DNA from: an uncultured Chloroflexia bacterium
GTDB lineage: Bacteria > Chloroflexota > Dehalococcoidia > UBA2979
Assembly: GCA_963728205.1 (NCBI GenBank)
Contig: CAVSIV010000001.1
Coordinates: forward strand, 64,001-128,000
DNA: 64,000 nucleotides
Direction: 5' to 3'
Part shown: positions 9,326-20,800 of the stretch, in pieces
How the letters are laid out: each line of letters begins with the position of its first letter
How positions within the stretch are numbered: position 1 is the stretch's first letter
The notes under the pieces: model-generated
Seen by the model: the letters and a program-made list of their open reading frames with translations, nothing else
What the model was told of the DNA's origin: nothing
Database searches by the model: none
Translations under genes and position numbers: made by a program

Positions 9326-9516
9326 CGTCAAGCGGCGGCAGACGATGCCGCCGATGTGTCGCGGCCCCGAGGCCGCGTCGGATGCAGCGGCGGCTCATGC
9401 CGCGGATCTGTCGCGGCCCGAATGCCGCGTTGGATGCGGCCGTGGACCACGCCGCCGACATGTCGCGGCCCCGAGGCCGCGTTGGCATCGGCGGCATTGT
9501 CTGCCGCCGCTTGACG
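9326..9516. repeat. Family A palindrome variant enclosing about three internal direct repeats
   Basis: CGTCAAGCGGCGGCAGAC...GTCTGCCGCCGCTTGACG arms; internal repeats of TGTCGCGGCCCCGAGGCCGCGT(C/T)GG. Confidence 0.8.
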
Positions 9517-9527
9517 AGGCCGCATCG

Positions 9528-12005
9528 TCACGCACGCGCCGCGACGTCGTCGAGCGTGCCCGTGATGCCGGCCGCCACGAGCGCGGCGTACTCGTCCTCG
9601 CCGATGCCGAGCTCCTCGCGCAGCACCTCGCGGCTGTGCTGGCCGACGCACGGCGCGCCGGTGACCGGCGACGACGGCGCGGCGCTGAAGCGCCAGGGCC
9701 GGCCGGGCAGCCACGTGGGGCCGGTCTCGGGATGGTCGACGCGCGTGACGAATCCCGACGCGAGGAAGTTCGGGTCGGGCCGGCTGTAGAGCTCGTAGAA
9801 CGGCACAACGCGCGCGGCAGTGACGCCGAGCGCGCCGAGGGCCGCCTCCATCTCGCCGGCGCCCCGCGCCGCGGTCCACTCGGCGAGGATCGCGTCGAGC
9901 GCGTCCTCGTTTGCCTTGCGCGCGGCCATCGTCGCGAAGCGCGGCTCGGCGAGCCGGGGGTCCGCCACGTGCGCGACGAGCGCGCGCCAGGCGTGCTCGC
10001 TCTCGGCCGCGAGCGCGATCCACTCGCCGCCGGAGGCGGGGTAGTTGCCGTGCGGCGCCACGCGCGGGTGGCGGTTGCCGCGCGGCCGCGGCACGCGGCC
10101 GGTCGCGTCGTACTCCACAATCGCGTCGCCGCACGCGGCCGCCACCGCTTCCACCATCGAGAGGTCGACGCGCTGCGGCTCGCCCGTGCGGTCGCGATGC
10201 GCGAGCGCGGCCAGCACCGACCCGGCGAAGCAGTAGGCCGCGACGGGGTCCGGGTAGAGGCCGCCGGTGTTCATGCCGCGGTCGCCCGCGTAGCCGTGGA
10301 GCGAGGAGAGCCCGGCCATCGGCTCGGTGGTCGAGCCGTTGCCGGGGTATTCGCGATAGGGCCCGTCGGCGCCGTACGCGGAGATCGAGGCCCACACGAT
10401 GCCCGGGCGGAGCGCATGCAGGCGCTCGAGGGTGACGCCCCACGACGGCATCACCGTCGGGCGGAAGTTCTCGGCAAGGACGTCGAAGCGCGGCACGAGG
10501 TCCCAGAAGATCTGGCGCCCGCGGTCGCTGGCAAGGTCGAGCGCAATCTCGCGCTTGTTCAGGTTCACCGAGTTCGCGAGGCCCTGCGTGTTCGCGGGGT
10601 GCTGCGTGCGCGACGGATCGACGATCCCCTTCGGCACGGTCCCGCGCACGCGCCGCCAGACGTCGATGCGCTGCAGGCCGCCGATCTGCACGACGTCGGC
10701 GCCGAGCAGCGCGAGGAGCTCGGTGCCGAAGGTGCCCGACCATGCCTGGCCGAGGCTGAGCACGCGCACGCCGGCGAGCGGTCCGTCGGCGAGGTCGCGC
10801 GGCGAGAGCGATGGGGCGGATCGCGAGCGGCGCGGCGGTCGAGACACCGCGGCGCCCGGGGTGTGCGCGGAGCCGTCAGCGTCGAGCCGCGGCGCCGGTC
10901 GTGCGAGCTCCCACGCCGCCGGCGACACCTTCGCCGGCGCACCGGCCGCGCGCACGCGTCGCCCTGCAATCTCGGTCTCGACGAGGAACCCGCGCGCGGC
11001 GAGCTGCGGGTCGCGCGTCAGGTCCTCGACGTCCTGCAGCACGCCGACGATGCAGCGCAGCCGCGTCAGCGCGTGGAAGACCGGCCAGCGCTCGAGCGAC
11101 GCCACGCTGTGCGCCACGCCGGCAACCACCGGGGCGAGGTCCTGCGCGTGCCGGCCGACGTCGGGGATGAGGTGCGGCTCGCGGCCGAGCTCCGGCACCC
11201 CGAGCACGTCCATCGCCTCGGTCCAGTTGTGGAAGTCGCCGAAGCCGAACACGAGGCGGCCGTCGGCGGCGTCGTAGAGCGGCCCGGGCTCGCCGCGCTG
11301 GCGACCGCCCGCGGGGCCGTAGGAGAAGCCGGTCGCCTCGTAGACGGCGGCAATCGCCCACGGGTGCACGGTGAGCGCGAACGCCTCGACCTCCGCGACG
11401 TCCACGCGCTCGGCGACGTCCGCGCAGCCGGGTATCCCGGCATCCGCCGGAGGGTGGTCGCGTCGGCGCAGCGCGGCCGCGGCGGCGACGAAGCCGGCGA
11501 TGCCGCCCACGTAGCCGGCCTGGTCGTGGGGCATCTGCAGCGGCGGCTCGTCGCGGTAGCCGTTGATGAACGACCAGCCCGTGCGTGCGCTCGCCGTGAG
11601 GGTGTTGCCGGGGCGGCCGGCGAGCGGGCCGGCCAGTCCGTGCGGGGTGACCGAGAGGTGGACGGCGTCGGGGCGCAGCCGCGCGAGCGCGGCGTGGTAT
11701 GCGGCCGCGTCGAGCGGGTCAGCGGTGGTGACGACCACGTCGGCGGCGGCGACCAGGTCGTCGTAGGCGCCCGGGCCGTCGACGACGACCGACCGCTTGT
11801 TCCAGTTCACGTACGCGTGCAACACGCCGCGCTCGGCGCCCGCCTCATCGTCGAGGAACGGCGGCTCCGCTCGCAGTGGATGCCCGCCCGGCGGCTCGGC
11901 CAGCACGACGTCGGCGCCGAAGTCGCCGAACAGCCGCGCCGCGAACGCGCCGGAGAGGCGGTCGGAGAGGTCGAGGACGAGGAGGTCGTCGAACGGGCGG
12001 GGCAT
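9528..12005 (-). CDS. Fused two-domain family III (CaiB/BaiF) CoA-transferase
   Basis: Two CoA_transf_3 domains (LVLDLS...FGADVV...NWNKRS; PLAGVRVL...LGADVV...NLNKRE...ENFRP). Confidence 0.92.
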   Translation of the reverse strand: MPRPFDDLLVLDLSDRLSGAFAARLFGDFGADVVLAEPPGGHPLRAEPPFLDDEAGAERGVLHAYVNWNKRSVVVDGPGAYDDLVAAADVVVTTADPLDAAAYHAALARLRPDAVHLSVTPHGLAGPLAGRPGNTLTASARTGWSFINGYRDEPPLQMPHDQAGYVGGIAGFVAAAAALRRRDHPPADAGIPGCADVAERVDVAEVEAFALTVHPWAIAAVYEATGFSYGPAGGRQRGEPGPLYDAADGRLVFGFGDFHNWTEAMDVLGVPELGREPHLIPDVGRHAQDLAPVVAGVAHSVASLERWPVFHALTRLRCIVGVLQDVEDLTRDPQLAARGFLVETEIAGRRVRAAGAPAKVSPAAWELARPAPRLDADGSAHTPGAAVSRPPRRSRSAPSLSPRDLADGPLAGVRVLSLGQAWSGTFGTELLALLGADVVQIGGLQRIDVWRRVRGTVPKGIVDPSRTQHPANTQGLANSVNLNKREIALDLASDRGRQIFWDLVPRFDVLAENFRPTVMPSWGVTLERLHALRPGIVWASISAYGADGPYREYPGNGSTTEPMAGLSSLHGYAGDRGMNTGGLYPDPVAAYCFAGSVLAALAHRDRTGEPQRVDLSMVEAVAAACGDAIVEYDATGRVPRPRGNRHPRVAPHGNYPASGGEWIALAAESEHAWRALVAHVADPRLAEPRFATMAARKANEDALDAILAEWTAARGAGEMEAALGALGVTAARVVPFYELYSRPDPNFLASGFVTRVDHPETGPTWLPGRPWRFSAAPSSPVTGAPCVGQHSREVLREELGIGEDEYAALVAAGITGTLDDVAARA

Positions 12006-12015
12006 CGCTCACCTC

Positions 12016-12219
12016 CGGCGCGCGGCAGGCTTCAGGCCTGCCGTGTGCAGTCGCCGCCTCCATCCCGAAGCGGCGGCAGATATGCCGCCGACGGAAGCGC
12101 GGCGCCAGCCGCGGACTGCGTCCGCGTCCTGTCGGCGGCATATCTGCCGCCGCTTGGCCTTCCGCTGACAAGCCTGCCGGGCATCCTGCACGGCAGGCCT
12201 GAAGCCTGCCGTGTGCCGG
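12016..12219. repeat. Composite REP/MITE-like element
   Basis: Outer GGCAGGCTTCAGGCCTGCCGTG IR pair with family A core at 12068-12155. Confidence 0.85.
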
Positions 12220-12245
12220 CGCAGGCGCGAGCCCGCGCTGTCTTC

Positions 12246-15200
12246 CTACCACGTGTCGATGCTCGGCCACTTCTTCCGCTCGCGCCGCGCCGGCTGGCGC
12301 ACCGAGGCGAACACCCGCGCGACGATCGCGCGGGTGTCGGCCGGATCGATCACGTCGTCGACGCCGAACGAGACGCCCTGGTGCAGCGCCCGCGCGGACT
12401 CGTAGGCCGCCGCGAGGATCTCGTCGTAGCGCCGGCGCCGCTCGTCCACGTCCTCGATCGCGGCCAGCTCCGCCCGGTGGCCGAGCTTCACCTGGCCCTC
12501 GAGCCCCATGCCGGCGAACTCGCCGGTGGGCCACGAGAGCGCCATCGTCGTCGACTTGAACGTCGCGCCGGCCATCGTCATCACGCCGAGCCCGATGGAC
12601 TTGCGCAGCACGACGGCGATCAGCGGCACGGTGATGTTCGACCCGGTCACGAACATGCGCGCGGCGTGGCGGACCGTTCCCGTCTTCTCGGCCTCGGGGC
12701 CGACCATGATCCCCGGGGTGTCGCAGAGCGAGAGGATCGGCAGGTCGAAGGCGTCGCACACCTTCATGAATCGCGCCGCCTTGTCGGCCCCGTCGGAGTC
12801 GACCGCGCCGCTGAGGTACTGCGGGTTGTTCGCGATCACGCCGACCGCGCGGCCCTCGATGCGAATCAGCGCCGTCACCATGGTCTGCCCGAACTTCGGC
12901 CGCAGCTCGAGCACCGATCCGACGTCGGCGATCGTCTCGATCACCCTGCGCACGTCGTACACGCGCAGGCGGTTCTCCGGCACGATGCGGCGCAGGACGC
13001 GCTGGTCGTGTGCCTCCCACGCGCGCAGCGGCCCCTGGAAGTACGAGAGGTACTGCTTCGCCGCCGCCACCCCTTCGGCCTCGTCGGCCACTGCGATGTC
13101 CACGACGCCGTTCGGGACCTGCACGCTCATCGGGCCGATCTCGTCGGGCCGGTAGATGCCGAGGCCGCCGCCCTCGACCATCGCCGGCCCGCCCATGCCG
13201 ATGCTCGAGTTCGCGGTGGCGATGATGACGTCGCAGCAGCCGAGCAGCGCGGCGTTCCCGGCGAACGACCAGCCGGAGTTGATGCCGACGATCGGCACGA
13301 GGCCGCTCAGCGCCGCGAGCCGCCGCCACGTCGGCACGTCCTGCGGGCCGCCGACGGCGCGCAGCATGCGCTGGCCGTCGTCCTCGGGGCGGGGGTCGCG
13401 CTGGCCGCTCCGGCCGCCGCCGCCCTCGGTGAAGAGCACCACGGGGATCTGCCACTCGCCCGCGACCTCGAGGAGGCGGTCGGTCTTGCGGTGGTTGACG
13501 CCCCCCTGCGTGCCGGCGAGCACGGTGTAGTCGTAGGACAGCACCGCCGTGCGCGAGGTCGGCTCGGGGAAGAGCGCCCCGTTGACGGCGCCGATGCCCG
13601 TCACCATGCCGTCGGCCGGGTAGCGCCGCGCGATCTCGTCGATCGGCCGGCGGAATCCCGTCGGCAGTCCCAGCGCGCCGTACTCGACGAACGAGTCGGG
13701 GTCGCACAGGTCCGCGATGTTCTCGCGCGCCGTGCGCTGGCCCTTCTCGTGGCGCGCCGCGATCGCCTCCGGCCGCGCGTCGTCCCGCGTCAGCGCGTGA
13801 CGGTCGAGGATCTCCGCGAGGTCGGGGCGGATCGCGTCGAGGTCGACGTCCTCCTCGTCGGCGAGCGCCGCGCCGTCGACCTCCTGCTCCTCGATGCGCA
13901 CAAGGGTCGTGCCCTCGTAGATGGCATCGCCAATCGCGACGGCGACCTCGCGCACGATCCCGCTCACGGTCGCCGTGACGGGATGCTCCATCTTCATCGC
14001 TTCCATCACCAGAACCTGCTGCCCGGCGCGCACGGGGTGGCCGACGGCCACGTCGATGGCGACGACGGTGCCCTGCAGCGCGGAGGTGACGGGCACGAGC
14101 CCGTCGGCGCGTGCCGCATCGCCGGTCCCGTTCGCGCCCGCCGCGGCGGGCGCGGCGACGGCGGTCTTGCCGTGCACGAGGACCGCGAGCGGGTCGCGGC
14201 GGTCGACCTGCGCGCCGGCGCGCCGGATCTCCACCGGCTGCGCGCCGCCGGGAGCGCCCGCCGCTGCTTCCGCCCCCGTCCCCGCGGCCGGCGCGGCCGA
14301 CAGGTACAGCGCCGGATGGCTGCCGGCCGCGGCCGCGATCTCCGGAAGGTGGTCCTCGATGAACCGGGTGTAGAGGAGGCCGCGGGCGAAGTCGGGGTGG
14401 TGCAGGATGCTCTGCAGGAACGGGATGTTGGTGGACACGCCCTCGACGCGGAACTCGCTCAGCGCCCGGTACGTGCGCGCGACCGCCTGCGCGAAGTCCG
14501 GCGAGGCGGAGTGTGCGATCACCTTCGCCAGGAGCGAGTCGAAGCGGGGCGACGTCCGGTAGCCGGCGTACCCGAAGGTGTCGGTCCGCACGCCGGGACC
14601 GCTCGGCGGGTCGAACGCCGACAGCGTGCCGCCGGAGGGACGCGGCGAGCCGTCGGGCCCCATCGTCTCCATATTGACGCGCGCCTGGATGGCGAAGCCG
14701 CGCGGCTCGGGGACGCGGTCCTGCGTCAGCCCGAGGTCGCCGAGCCGCGCACCGCTCGCGAGCCGCAGCTGGAGCTGCACGAGGTCGAAGCCCGTCACCT
14801 CCTCGGTCACCGTGTGCTCGACCTGCAGCCGCGGGTTCGCCTCGATGAAGGCGACCAGCGCGTCGTCGCCCGGGCCGTCGGCGTCGACGAGGAACTCGAA
14901 CGTCCCCAGGCTCGCGTAGCCGGCCGCGCCCGCGAGGCGCAGCGCGGCGTCGATGATCCGCCGGCGCAGCCCGGGCGAGAGCGACGGCGCGGGCGCGATC
15001 TCGATGAGCTTCTGGTGGCGCCGCTGGATGCTGCAGTCGCGCTCCCAGAGGTGCACGACGTCCCCGCTCCCGTCCCCGACAATCTGCACCTCGATGTGGC
15101 GTGCGCGCTCGACGAGCCGCTCGACGTACACGGAGCCGTCGCCGAAGGCGGCCTGCGCCTCCGAGCGGCAGCGCTTGAGCGCCTCGTCGATCTCGTCCGG

Positions 15201-15722
15201 GTCGCGCACGATGCGCATGCCGCGGCCGCCGCCGCCGGCCACGGCCTTGATGATGATCGGCACGCCCTCGCCGAGCGACGCCATGAAGGCGCGCGCGTCC
15301 TCGGGCGTCTCGACGGAGGCGGAACCCGGCAGCACGGGGACGCCTCGCTCCTCGGCGAGCGCGCGGGCGCGCAGCTTGTCGCCGAAGAGCGCGAGCGTCT
15401 CTGGCAGCGGGCCGACGAACGTGATGCCCTCGTCGCGGCAGCGCGCCGCGAACGCGGCGTTCTCGCTGAGGAAGCCGTAGCCGGGGTGGATCGCGTCGCA
15501 GCCCTCGTCCTTCGCGACCGCGAGGATCGCCTCGTCGTCGAGATAGGCGAGCGCGCCGGAGCCCGGCAGCCGTCGCGCGACGTCGGCCTTCGCGACGTGG
15601 AGCGAGGACGCGTCGTCCTCGGAGTAGACGGCCACGGTGGCGATCCCGAGGTCGCGCGCCGCGCGCATCACGCGGATCGCGATCTCGCCGCGGTTCGCCA
15701 CCAGCAGCTTGCGCACGGTCAT
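12246..15722 (-). CDS. Single-chain biotin-dependent acyl-CoA carboxylase (BC-BCCP-CT), copy 2
   Basis: MTVRKLLVANRGEIAIR start, BC motifs, EAMKM, CT domain ending IDTW. Confidence 0.93.
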   Translation of the reverse strand: MTVRKLLVANRGEIAIRVMRAARDLGIATVAVYSEDDASSLHVAKADVARRLPGSGALAYLDDEAILAVAKDEGCDAIHPGYGFLSENAAFAARCRDEGITFVGPLPETLALFGDKLRARALAEERGVPVLPGSASVETPEDARAFMASLGEGVPIIIKAVAGGGGRGMRIVRDPDEIDEALKRCRSEAQAAFGDGSVYVERLVERARHIEVQIVGDGSGDVVHLWERDCSIQRRHQKLIEIAPAPSLSPGLRRRIIDAALRLAGAAGYASLGTFEFLVDADGPGDDALVAFIEANPRLQVEHTVTEEVTGFDLVQLQLRLASGARLGDLGLTQDRVPEPRGFAIQARVNMETMGPDGSPRPSGGTLSAFDPPSGPGVRTDTFGYAGYRTSPRFDSLLAKVIAHSASPDFAQAVARTYRALSEFRVEGVSTNIPFLQSILHHPDFARGLLYTRFIEDHLPEIAAAAGSHPALYLSAAPAAGTGAEAAAGAPGGAQPVEIRRAGAQVDRRDPLAVLVHGKTAVAAPAAAGANGTGDAARADGLVPVTSALQGTVVAIDVAVGHPVRAGQQVLVMEAMKMEHPVTATVSGIVREVAVAIGDAIYEGTTLVRIEEQEVDGAALADEEDVDLDAIRPDLAEILDRHALTRDDARPEAIAARHEKGQRTARENIADLCDPDSFVEYGALGLPTGFRRPIDEIARRYPADGMVTGIGAVNGALFPEPTSRTAVLSYDYTVLAGTQGGVNHRKTDRLLEVAGEWQIPVVLFTEGGGGRSGQRDPRPEDDGQRMLRAVGGPQDVPTWRRLAALSGLVPIVGINSGWSFAGNAALLGCCDVIIATANSSIGMGGPAMVEGGGLGIYRPDEIGPMSVQVPNGVVDIAVADEAEGVAAAKQYLSYFQGPLRAWEAHDQRVLRRIVPENRLRVYDVRRVIETIADVGSVLELRPKFGQTMVTALIRIEGRAVGVIANNPQYLSGAVDSDGADKAARFMKVCDAFDLPILSLCDTPGIMVGPEAEKTGTVRHAARMFVTGSNITVPLIAVVLRKSIGLGVMTMAGATFKSTTMALSWPTGEFAGMGLEGQVKLGHRAELAAIEDVDERRRRYDEILAAAYESARALHQGVSFGVDDVIDPADTRAIVARVFASVRQPARRERKKWPSIDTW

Positions 15723-15764
15723 CGATGATCCCCTCGGCTCAACCCTCGTCCGCACCCGTCCCGT

Positions 15765-15846
15765 GTCCAGCGGCGGCAGCATGCCGCCGATACGCCCGCG
15801 GCCCGCGGGCCGCGCCGGCATCGGCGGCATGCTGCCGCCGCTGGAC
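15765..15846. repeat. Family A palindrome variant
   Basis: GTCCAGCGGCGGCAGCATGCCGCCGAT...ATCGGCGGCATGCTGCCGCCGCTGGAC. Confidence 0.85.
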
Positions 15847-18800
15847 TACCACCCGTCGACGAACGCCCGCTTCTTGCCCTCGCGCCGCACCGGCTTGATC
15901 GCCCGCAGCGTGCTCGCGACCCACGTCCGCGTCTCCGCCGGGTCGATCGTGTCGTCCACGCCGAAGAGCGACGCCTGGTTGAGCGCCTTCCCGTTCTCGT
16001 ACGCGCGCGCCACCATGGTCTCGTAGCGCTGCCGGCGCTCCTCCGGGTCTTCGATCGCAGCGAGGTCGTCGCGGTAGCCGAGCTTGATCGACCCCTCGAT
16101 GCCCATGCCGCCGAACTCGCCGGTCGGCCAGGACACCGTGAACGCCGGCTCCTTGTACGAGCCGCCGGCCATCGCGATCGCGCCGAGGCCGTAGGCCTTG
16201 CGCAGGATCACGGTCATGTAGGTCACGTCGAGGTTCGCGCCGACGAGGAACAGCCGGTTCGCGTGCCGCACGAGCGCCGTCTTCTCGATCTCGGGGCCGA
16301 CCATGATCCCCGGCGTGTCGCAGAAGAAGAGCACCGGGATGTCGAACGCGTCGCACAGCTGGAGGAAGCGCGCGGCCTTGTCGGCCCCGTCGGAGTCGAT
16401 GGCGCCGCCGAGATGCATCGGGTTGTTCGCGACAATCCCGAGCGGCCGCCCCTCGACCCGCGCGAACGCCGTCACCATGCCGCGGCCGAAGTCCCTGCGG
16501 ATCTCGAGCACCGAACCGACGTCTGCCAGCGTTTCGATCACGTCGCGCACGTGGTACACGCGCAGCCGGTTCTCGGGGATGATGCGCCGCATCCTGCGCT
16601 GGTCCGGCGCCTCCCAGTCCGCGACCGCGCCCTGGAAGTACGACAGGTACTGCTTCGCGACCGCGACCGCCTCGACCTCGTCCTTCACCAGTACGTCGAC
16701 CACGCCGTTCGGCGCCTGGATCTCCATCGGCCCGATGTCCTCCGGCGCGAAGACGCCGAGCCCCCCGCCCTCGATCATCGCCGGGCCGCCCATGCCGAGG
16801 TTCGAGTCCTCCGTCGCGATGATCACGTCGCAGCAGCCGAGCAGCGACGCGTTGCCGGCGAAGCAGCGCCCGTTGGTGATGCCGACCATGGGCACGAGCC
16901 CGGAGAGCGTGGCGAACTGCGAGAACGAGCGCGTGTCGCCCGGGCCGTTGCGGCCGTCGGTGTCGCCCGGCCGCCCGCCGCCGCCCTCGGCGAAGAGCAC
17001 GAGCGGCAGGCGCGCTTCGCGCGCGACCTTGATCATGCGGTCGGTCTTGCGGTGGTTCTGGCCGCCCTGCGTGCCGGCGAAGACGGTGTAGTCGTAGGCG
17101 ATCACGGCGGTGCGGTTCACGGGGTCGGGGAAGAGGTGGCCGTTCACGCTGCCGACGCCGGTGATCATGCCGTCGCGCGGCGAGCGCACGATCAGGTCCT
17201 CGATCGTGCGACGGGCGCGCTGGCCGGCGAGCACGAGCGGCCCGTACTCGACGAACGTGCCCGCGTCGAAGAGGTCCTCGACGTTCTCCTGCGTCGTGCG
17301 GTAGCCGCGGTCGTGGCGCCGCGCCACGGCGGCCGCGCGGTTCGCGTCGAAGGTCTTGGCGCGGCGATCGAGCACCTCGCCGAGGTCGCCGCGGATGTGA
17401 TCGAGGTCGACGTCCTCGGCCGCGTCGCCGGCGCCGGCCGCGACCTCGCCCTCCTCGATGAAGAGCAGCGGCGTGTCCTGCCAGACGGTGTCACCGACCT
17501 CGACGGCGAGGCGGCGCACGGTGCCGCTCACCTGCGCGGTGATCTCGTGCTCCATCTTCATCGCTTCCATCACGAGGAGCGGCCGGCCGACGTGCACGGT
17601 GTCGCCGACCGCGACCTCGACGGCGACGACGGTGCCCTGCAGCGGCGAGACGACCGGCACCGTGCCGTCGGGCGCGGCGACCGGCTGCGGCCGCGTCGCG
17701 GTGGTGCGGCGGGCGGCGGCCTGCTGCTGGCCGTAGTTGAGGACGGCGAGCGGGTCGGCGGCGTCGACCTTCGCGCCGGCGCGCGCGCGCTCGGCCGCGG
17801 TGGTGCCGGCGGGGGCCGCGGACGCGCCCGCGTTCGCCGCCGCCGGCGCAGCCGGCGCGGCCGCCGCGAAGAAGAGGCGGCGCCGCTCGGCGTTCGCCGC
17901 CGCCGACTGCACCAGCTCGCCCATGTGCTCGTCGACGAAGCGCGTGTAGGCGCGGCCGGCCCGCACGTCGGGGTGTGCGAGCAGCGCCTCGAGGAACGGG
18001 ATGTTCGTCGACACGCCCTCGATGCGGAACTCCGCGAGCGCCCGCTCGGCGCGCACCAGCGCGTCGTCGAACGACGGCGACGGCGAGTGCGCGATCACCT
18101 TCGCGAGCAGCGAGTCGAAGCGCGGGCTCGTGCGGTAGCCGGTGTAGCCGAAGGAGTCGGTGCGGATGCCGAGCCCGGACGGCGGCTCGAAGGCGGCGAG
18201 CATGCCGCCGGCCGGCATCGCCATGCCGTCGGCGCGCATCGTCTCCATGTTCACGCGCGCCTGGATCGCGAAGCCGCGCGGCGCCGGCACCTGCTCCTGC
18301 GTGAAGCCGAGGTCGGCGAGCGACCGCCCGCCCGCGAGCTCGAGCTGCAGGCGCACGAGGTCGACGCCCGTGATCTCCTCGGTGACGGTGTGCTCGACCT
18401 GCAGCCGCGCGTTGGCCTCGATGAACGAGAACGTCGTCTCGTGCCCGGGGTCGGAGGCGTCGACGAGGAACTCGAACGTGCCGAGGTTCTCGTAGTGCGT
18501 GGCGGCGGCGAGCCGCACGGCGGCCTCGAGGATGCGCGCGCGCAGGTCCTCCGGCAGCGCGGGCGACGGCGCGAACTCGACGATCTTCTGGTGGCGCCGC
18601 TGCAGCGAGCAGTCGCGCTCCCAGAAGTGCGTGACGCGGCCGGACTGGTCGCCCGGCGACCTGCACCTCGATGTGGCGGGCGCGCGGGACGAAGCGCTCG
18701 ACGTAGACCTCGGGGTGGCCGAACGCGGCCTGCGCCTCGGACCGGCAGCGGGCGTAGGCGTCGTCGAGCTCGCCGGCGTCGCGCACGACGCGCACGCCGC

Positions 18801-19299
18801 GGCCGCCGCCGCCGGCGACGGCCTTGATGATCATGGCGTCGGCGGCCGGGAGGGCGTCGAAGAACGCGTGCGCCTCCTCGAGCGAGGTCGTGCCGGCGGT
18901 GCCCTGCAGCACCGGCACGCCGTGCTCGGCCGCGACGGCGCGCGCGCGCACCTTGTCGCCGAACAGCTCGAGGCTCTCCGGCCGCGGCCCGACGAACGTG
19001 ATCGCGGCCTCGGCGCACGCGCGCGCGAAGGCCGCGTGCTCGCTGAGGAAGCCGTAGCCCGGGTGGACGGCGTCGCAGCCGGCGTCCCGCGCGGCCTGCA
19101 CGAGCTGCGCGATGTCGAGGTACGGCAGCGCGCCCTGTCCCCGCAGCGCCACGGCCTCGTCGGCCTTCTGCGTGTGCAGCGAGGTCGCGTCGTCCTCGGA
19201 GTAGACGGCAACGGTGCGGATGCCGAGCTCGGCGGCGGCGCGCATCACGCGGATGGCGATCTCGCCGCGGTTGGCGATCAGCAGGCCGGTGGACTTCAT
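15846..19299 (-). CDS. Single-chain biotin-dependent acyl-CoA carboxylase (BC-BCCP-CT), copy 3, with a +1 frameshift near 18653
   Basis: MKSTGLLIANRGEIAIR...RHIEVQVAG continues as DQSGRVTHFWERDCSLQRRHQK in the next frame if one base of CCC at 18652-18654 is removed; EAMKM and CT intact. Confidence 0.88.
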
Positions 19300-19374
19300 G
19301 GGCTTCTCCTGCAACCGCGTCGCGGCCGTCCGTTGGGATGGTCCGCGCGCGGGCCCCGGCGGCGAGGCGACGCG

Positions 19375-19587
19375 CTAGGCGTCCAGTCGGACGATCACCG
19401 CCCCCTCATCCACGAACTGGTCGACCTCCACCAGCACCTCGGCGACGGTTCCGGCGGCGGGTGCGCCGATGGGCGTGAGCATCTTCATCGACTCGAGCGT
19501 GATCAGCTCCTGCTCGACCTGCACCGCGTCGCCCACGCCCACGTGGATCTCCGCGACGCGCCCCGGCCATTCCGACTTCACATCCAC
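19375..19587 (-). CDS. Stand-alone biotin carboxyl carrier protein (70 aa)
   Basis: (M)DVKSEWPGRV...VGDAV...LESMKML...AGTV...DEGAVIVRL biotinyl domain with the MKM motif. Confidence 0.85.
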   Translation of the reverse strand: MDVKSEWPGRVAEIHVGVGDAVQVEQELITLESMKMLTPIGAPAAGTVAEVLVEVDQFVDEGAVIVRLDA

Positions 19588-19717
19588 GCTCGGCGTCCTT
19601 CCATTGCATCTTCCTCGTGCCCCGTGACCGACCCGTGCGTGTCGCTCACGGCGTCGCCGGGACGCTCGCGCCCGGCGTGTGTGCAGCATGCGGTCGCGCA
19701 CCTCGCGACGCCAGCGT

Positions 19718-20800
19718 TCAACCGCGCGTCGGGGTCGATGCGCTGGATGCGGCGGGCTCGCCACCGGCCGGGCGCGCCGTATCCGCGCCCTCGACGAGGT
19801 GGCAGGCCACCCAGCGGCCCGGCTCGACCTCGCGCCAGGCCGGGACCTCGCTCGCGCAGCGGTCGACCGCGATCGGGCACCGGGGGTGGAAGCGGCAGCC
19901 GTTGGGCGGGTTCGCCGGGCTCGGGATCTCGCCGACCAGCGGCAGGCGCTTGCGGCCGCGCAGCTTCGGGTCGGGCAGCGGGATGGCCGAGAGCAGGATG
20001 CGTGTGTAGGGGTGCAGCGGATCCGCGAACAGCCGCTCCGACGGCGCGAGCTCGACGAGCCCGCCGAGGTACATCACGCCGGTCACGTCGCACGCCTGGT
20101 ACACGACCGCGAGGTCGTGCGCGATGGTCAGGTAGGTCAGGCCGAGGCGGTCCTGCAGGTCCTTCAGGAGGTTCAGGATCTGCGCCCGGATCGACACGTC
20201 GAGCGCGGACACCGGCTCGTCGAGAATGATCAGGTCTGGCTCGGCGACGATGGCGCGCGCGATCGCAACGCGCTGCCGCTGGCCCCCGGAGAACTCGTGC
20301 GGGAAACGGCGCTCCACGGCCGGGTTGAGGCCGACGAGCTCGAGCACCTCGGCGACGCGGTCGCGCAGCGGCCGCCCGCGCACGCCTTGCACGACGAGCG
20401 GCTCGCCGACGATGTCGCGCACGCGCATGCGCGGCGACAGCGAGCTGTTCGGGTCCTGGAACACGATGTGCGTCGCGCGCTGGAAGTCGCGCAGCTCGTG
20501 GCCGCGCAGCGCGTGGACGTCGCGGCCGCGGAAGCGGACGGCGCCGCCGGTCGGCTGCTCGAGTCGCAGGATCGTCTTGGCGACGGTCGTCTTCCCGGAG
20601 CCGGACTCGCCGACGAGCCCGAAGTTCTGCCCGCGCCGCACGACGAACGACACGCCGTCCACGGCGCGGATCGGCGGCGGACGCCGGCCGAAGATCGCGG
20701 CGACGGTCCCGGCGGCGAAGTGCTTCTGCAGCCGGTCGACCTCGAGGACGACCTCCGGCTCGCCCGCGGTGCCCGATGCGGCGCCAGGGGAGGCGGTCAT
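19718..20800 (-). CDS. Opp/Dpp-type ABC transporter ATP-binding protein (OppF/DppF-like)
   Basis: GESGSGKT, FSGGQRQR, ILDEP, HPYT, GCRFHPRC. Confidence 0.93.
   Translation of the reverse strand: MTASPGAASGTAGEPEVVLEVDRLQKHFAAGTVAAIFGRRPPPIRAVDGVSFVVRRGQNFGLVGESGSGKTTVAKTILRLEQPTGGAVRFRGRDVHALRGHELRDFQRATHIVFQDPNSSLSPRMRVRDIVGEPLVVQGVRGRPLRDRVAEVLELVGLNPAVERRFPHEFSGGQRQRVAIARAIVAEPDLIILDEPVSALDVSIRAQILNLLKDLQDRLGLTYLTIAHDLAVVYQACDVTGVMYLGGLVELAPSERLFADPLHPYTRILLSAIPLPDPKLRGRKRLPLVGEIPSPANPPNGCRFHPRCPIAVDRCASEVPAWREVEPGRWVACHLVEGADTARPAGGEPAASSASTPTRG

Noticed and set aside
5594-15728. Very long plus-strand ORFs (1306 aa and 2127 aa)
   Set aside because: Antisense shadows of the carboxylase and CoA-transferase genes, expected in high-GC DNA; no recognisable motifs
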